A stretch of 44,294 bases of DNA, from positions 1 to 44,294 of the forward strand of contig JAHFJI010000001.1 in the NCBI GenBank assembly GCA_023245955.1. Direction: 5' to 3'. The number at the start of each line of letters is the position of its first letter. Positions within the stretch are counted from its first letter, which is position 1. This stretch comes from Candidatus Doudnabacteria bacterium (GTDB taxonomy: Bacteria > Patescibacteriota > Doudnabacteria > UBA920). The position numbers were made by a program, and so were the translations under genes. The notes beneath the pieces were generated by a model. That model saw only the letters and a program-made list of their open reading frames with translations. It was not told the origin of the DNA and ran no database searches. Below, piece after piece: positions 43,686-44,294 of the stretch.

Positions 43686-44294
43686 GATTACAGATGAAGT
43701 TTTAGCACATTAACAAAAGAATAATAGTGTCGTTCCCGTATTATCCGGGGATTATATTGGACGAAGGAAACCTGCACAGTAAGTAACATTGGTGTAGTAA
43801 TCCAAGTTACGTTCGAGGATGTGGCTTTAAATTTAGCTACACCTGACTTTGTGTTCAGTTTTCCTTTTGCTCTTCGTCATAGCTTGCCCAAGTCAAGCTG
43901 ACTTGTAAAAAACAAAAATAAAATGTAGGTTCTCACTCCACGTGTGGTGGAGTCATAAATTCAAAAAATCAAAAATCAAAAATCAAAAAAAAGAACAATT
44001 TGTTTTAGGTGGAAGACCACCGCAAGAGGAGCTTAAGGTTCAGTTTGGCACTAAACTTGGAATGTCAGACGCTATCTCACCTGAATTGGTGGGAAATCCT
44101 TAAAGTGACGAAATGTGTCTTTATGCAGCGGGTTTTATACCTAAGTTTTGGGTATATAAGCCGTTGCGTAACGATGCTCAAACTTTTGAGGCCTCGCGCC
44201 TCTGCTGGGCACCTAATAAACGTGGCCCTTAGCAGGGGCGCATTGTATTTATAAGCACTTTTTGTGCTAGAATTATAATAGTTTGGAAATTAGT

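Noticed and set aside
44009-44254. 81-aa + strand ORF
   Set aside because: It has an alternative start, an implausible Cys/Leu/Arg-rich sequence and no ribosome-binding context. The region looks like structured RNA or a leader.

Overview
This is a 44.3-kb AT-rich, compact bacterial chromosomal window. Housekeeping genes are gyrA (partial), rpsA, a DHH/NrnA-like phosphoesterase, rbfA, infB, rnhB, ftsK, recA and hsp20. There are ten tRNA genes with encoded CCA, two very large secreted proteins, and many orphan ORFs. The gene content resembles an uncultivated small-genome (Patescibacteria/CPR-like) bacterium, but that is inference only. Three accessory patches stand out. (1) At 17.3-21.6 kb, a lower-GC four-gene operon abuts tRNA-Ala: C-protein, restriction endonuclease, C5-methyltransferase and a DUF2130-like gene broken at an A8 tract. 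(2) At 24.2-25.7 kb there are two type II toxin-antitoxin pairs. (3) At 27.3-32.2 kb lies the most unusual locus, a 4.8-kb element at the 3' end of tRNA-Ser(CGA). It carries a large serine recombinase and a three-gene AT-rich metabolic cassette, each bracketed by a perfect inverted-repeat pair (120 bp and 408 bp). The repeats share the 6-nt core CCGCCA, so the three junctions read as attL-like, inverted attP-like and attR-like sites. The 408-bp repeat is GC-rich and visibly highly structured. Its inner hairpin-plus-terminator module recurs, with compensatory stem changes, at 7.2 kb. Other items are ORF-free regions that look like RNA genes, a palindromic repeat family flanking rnhB, an extra segment inside rnhB, and a duplicated 5' fragment of an exonuclease gene. 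All calls come from reading the sequence and the ORF track; no database searches were run.
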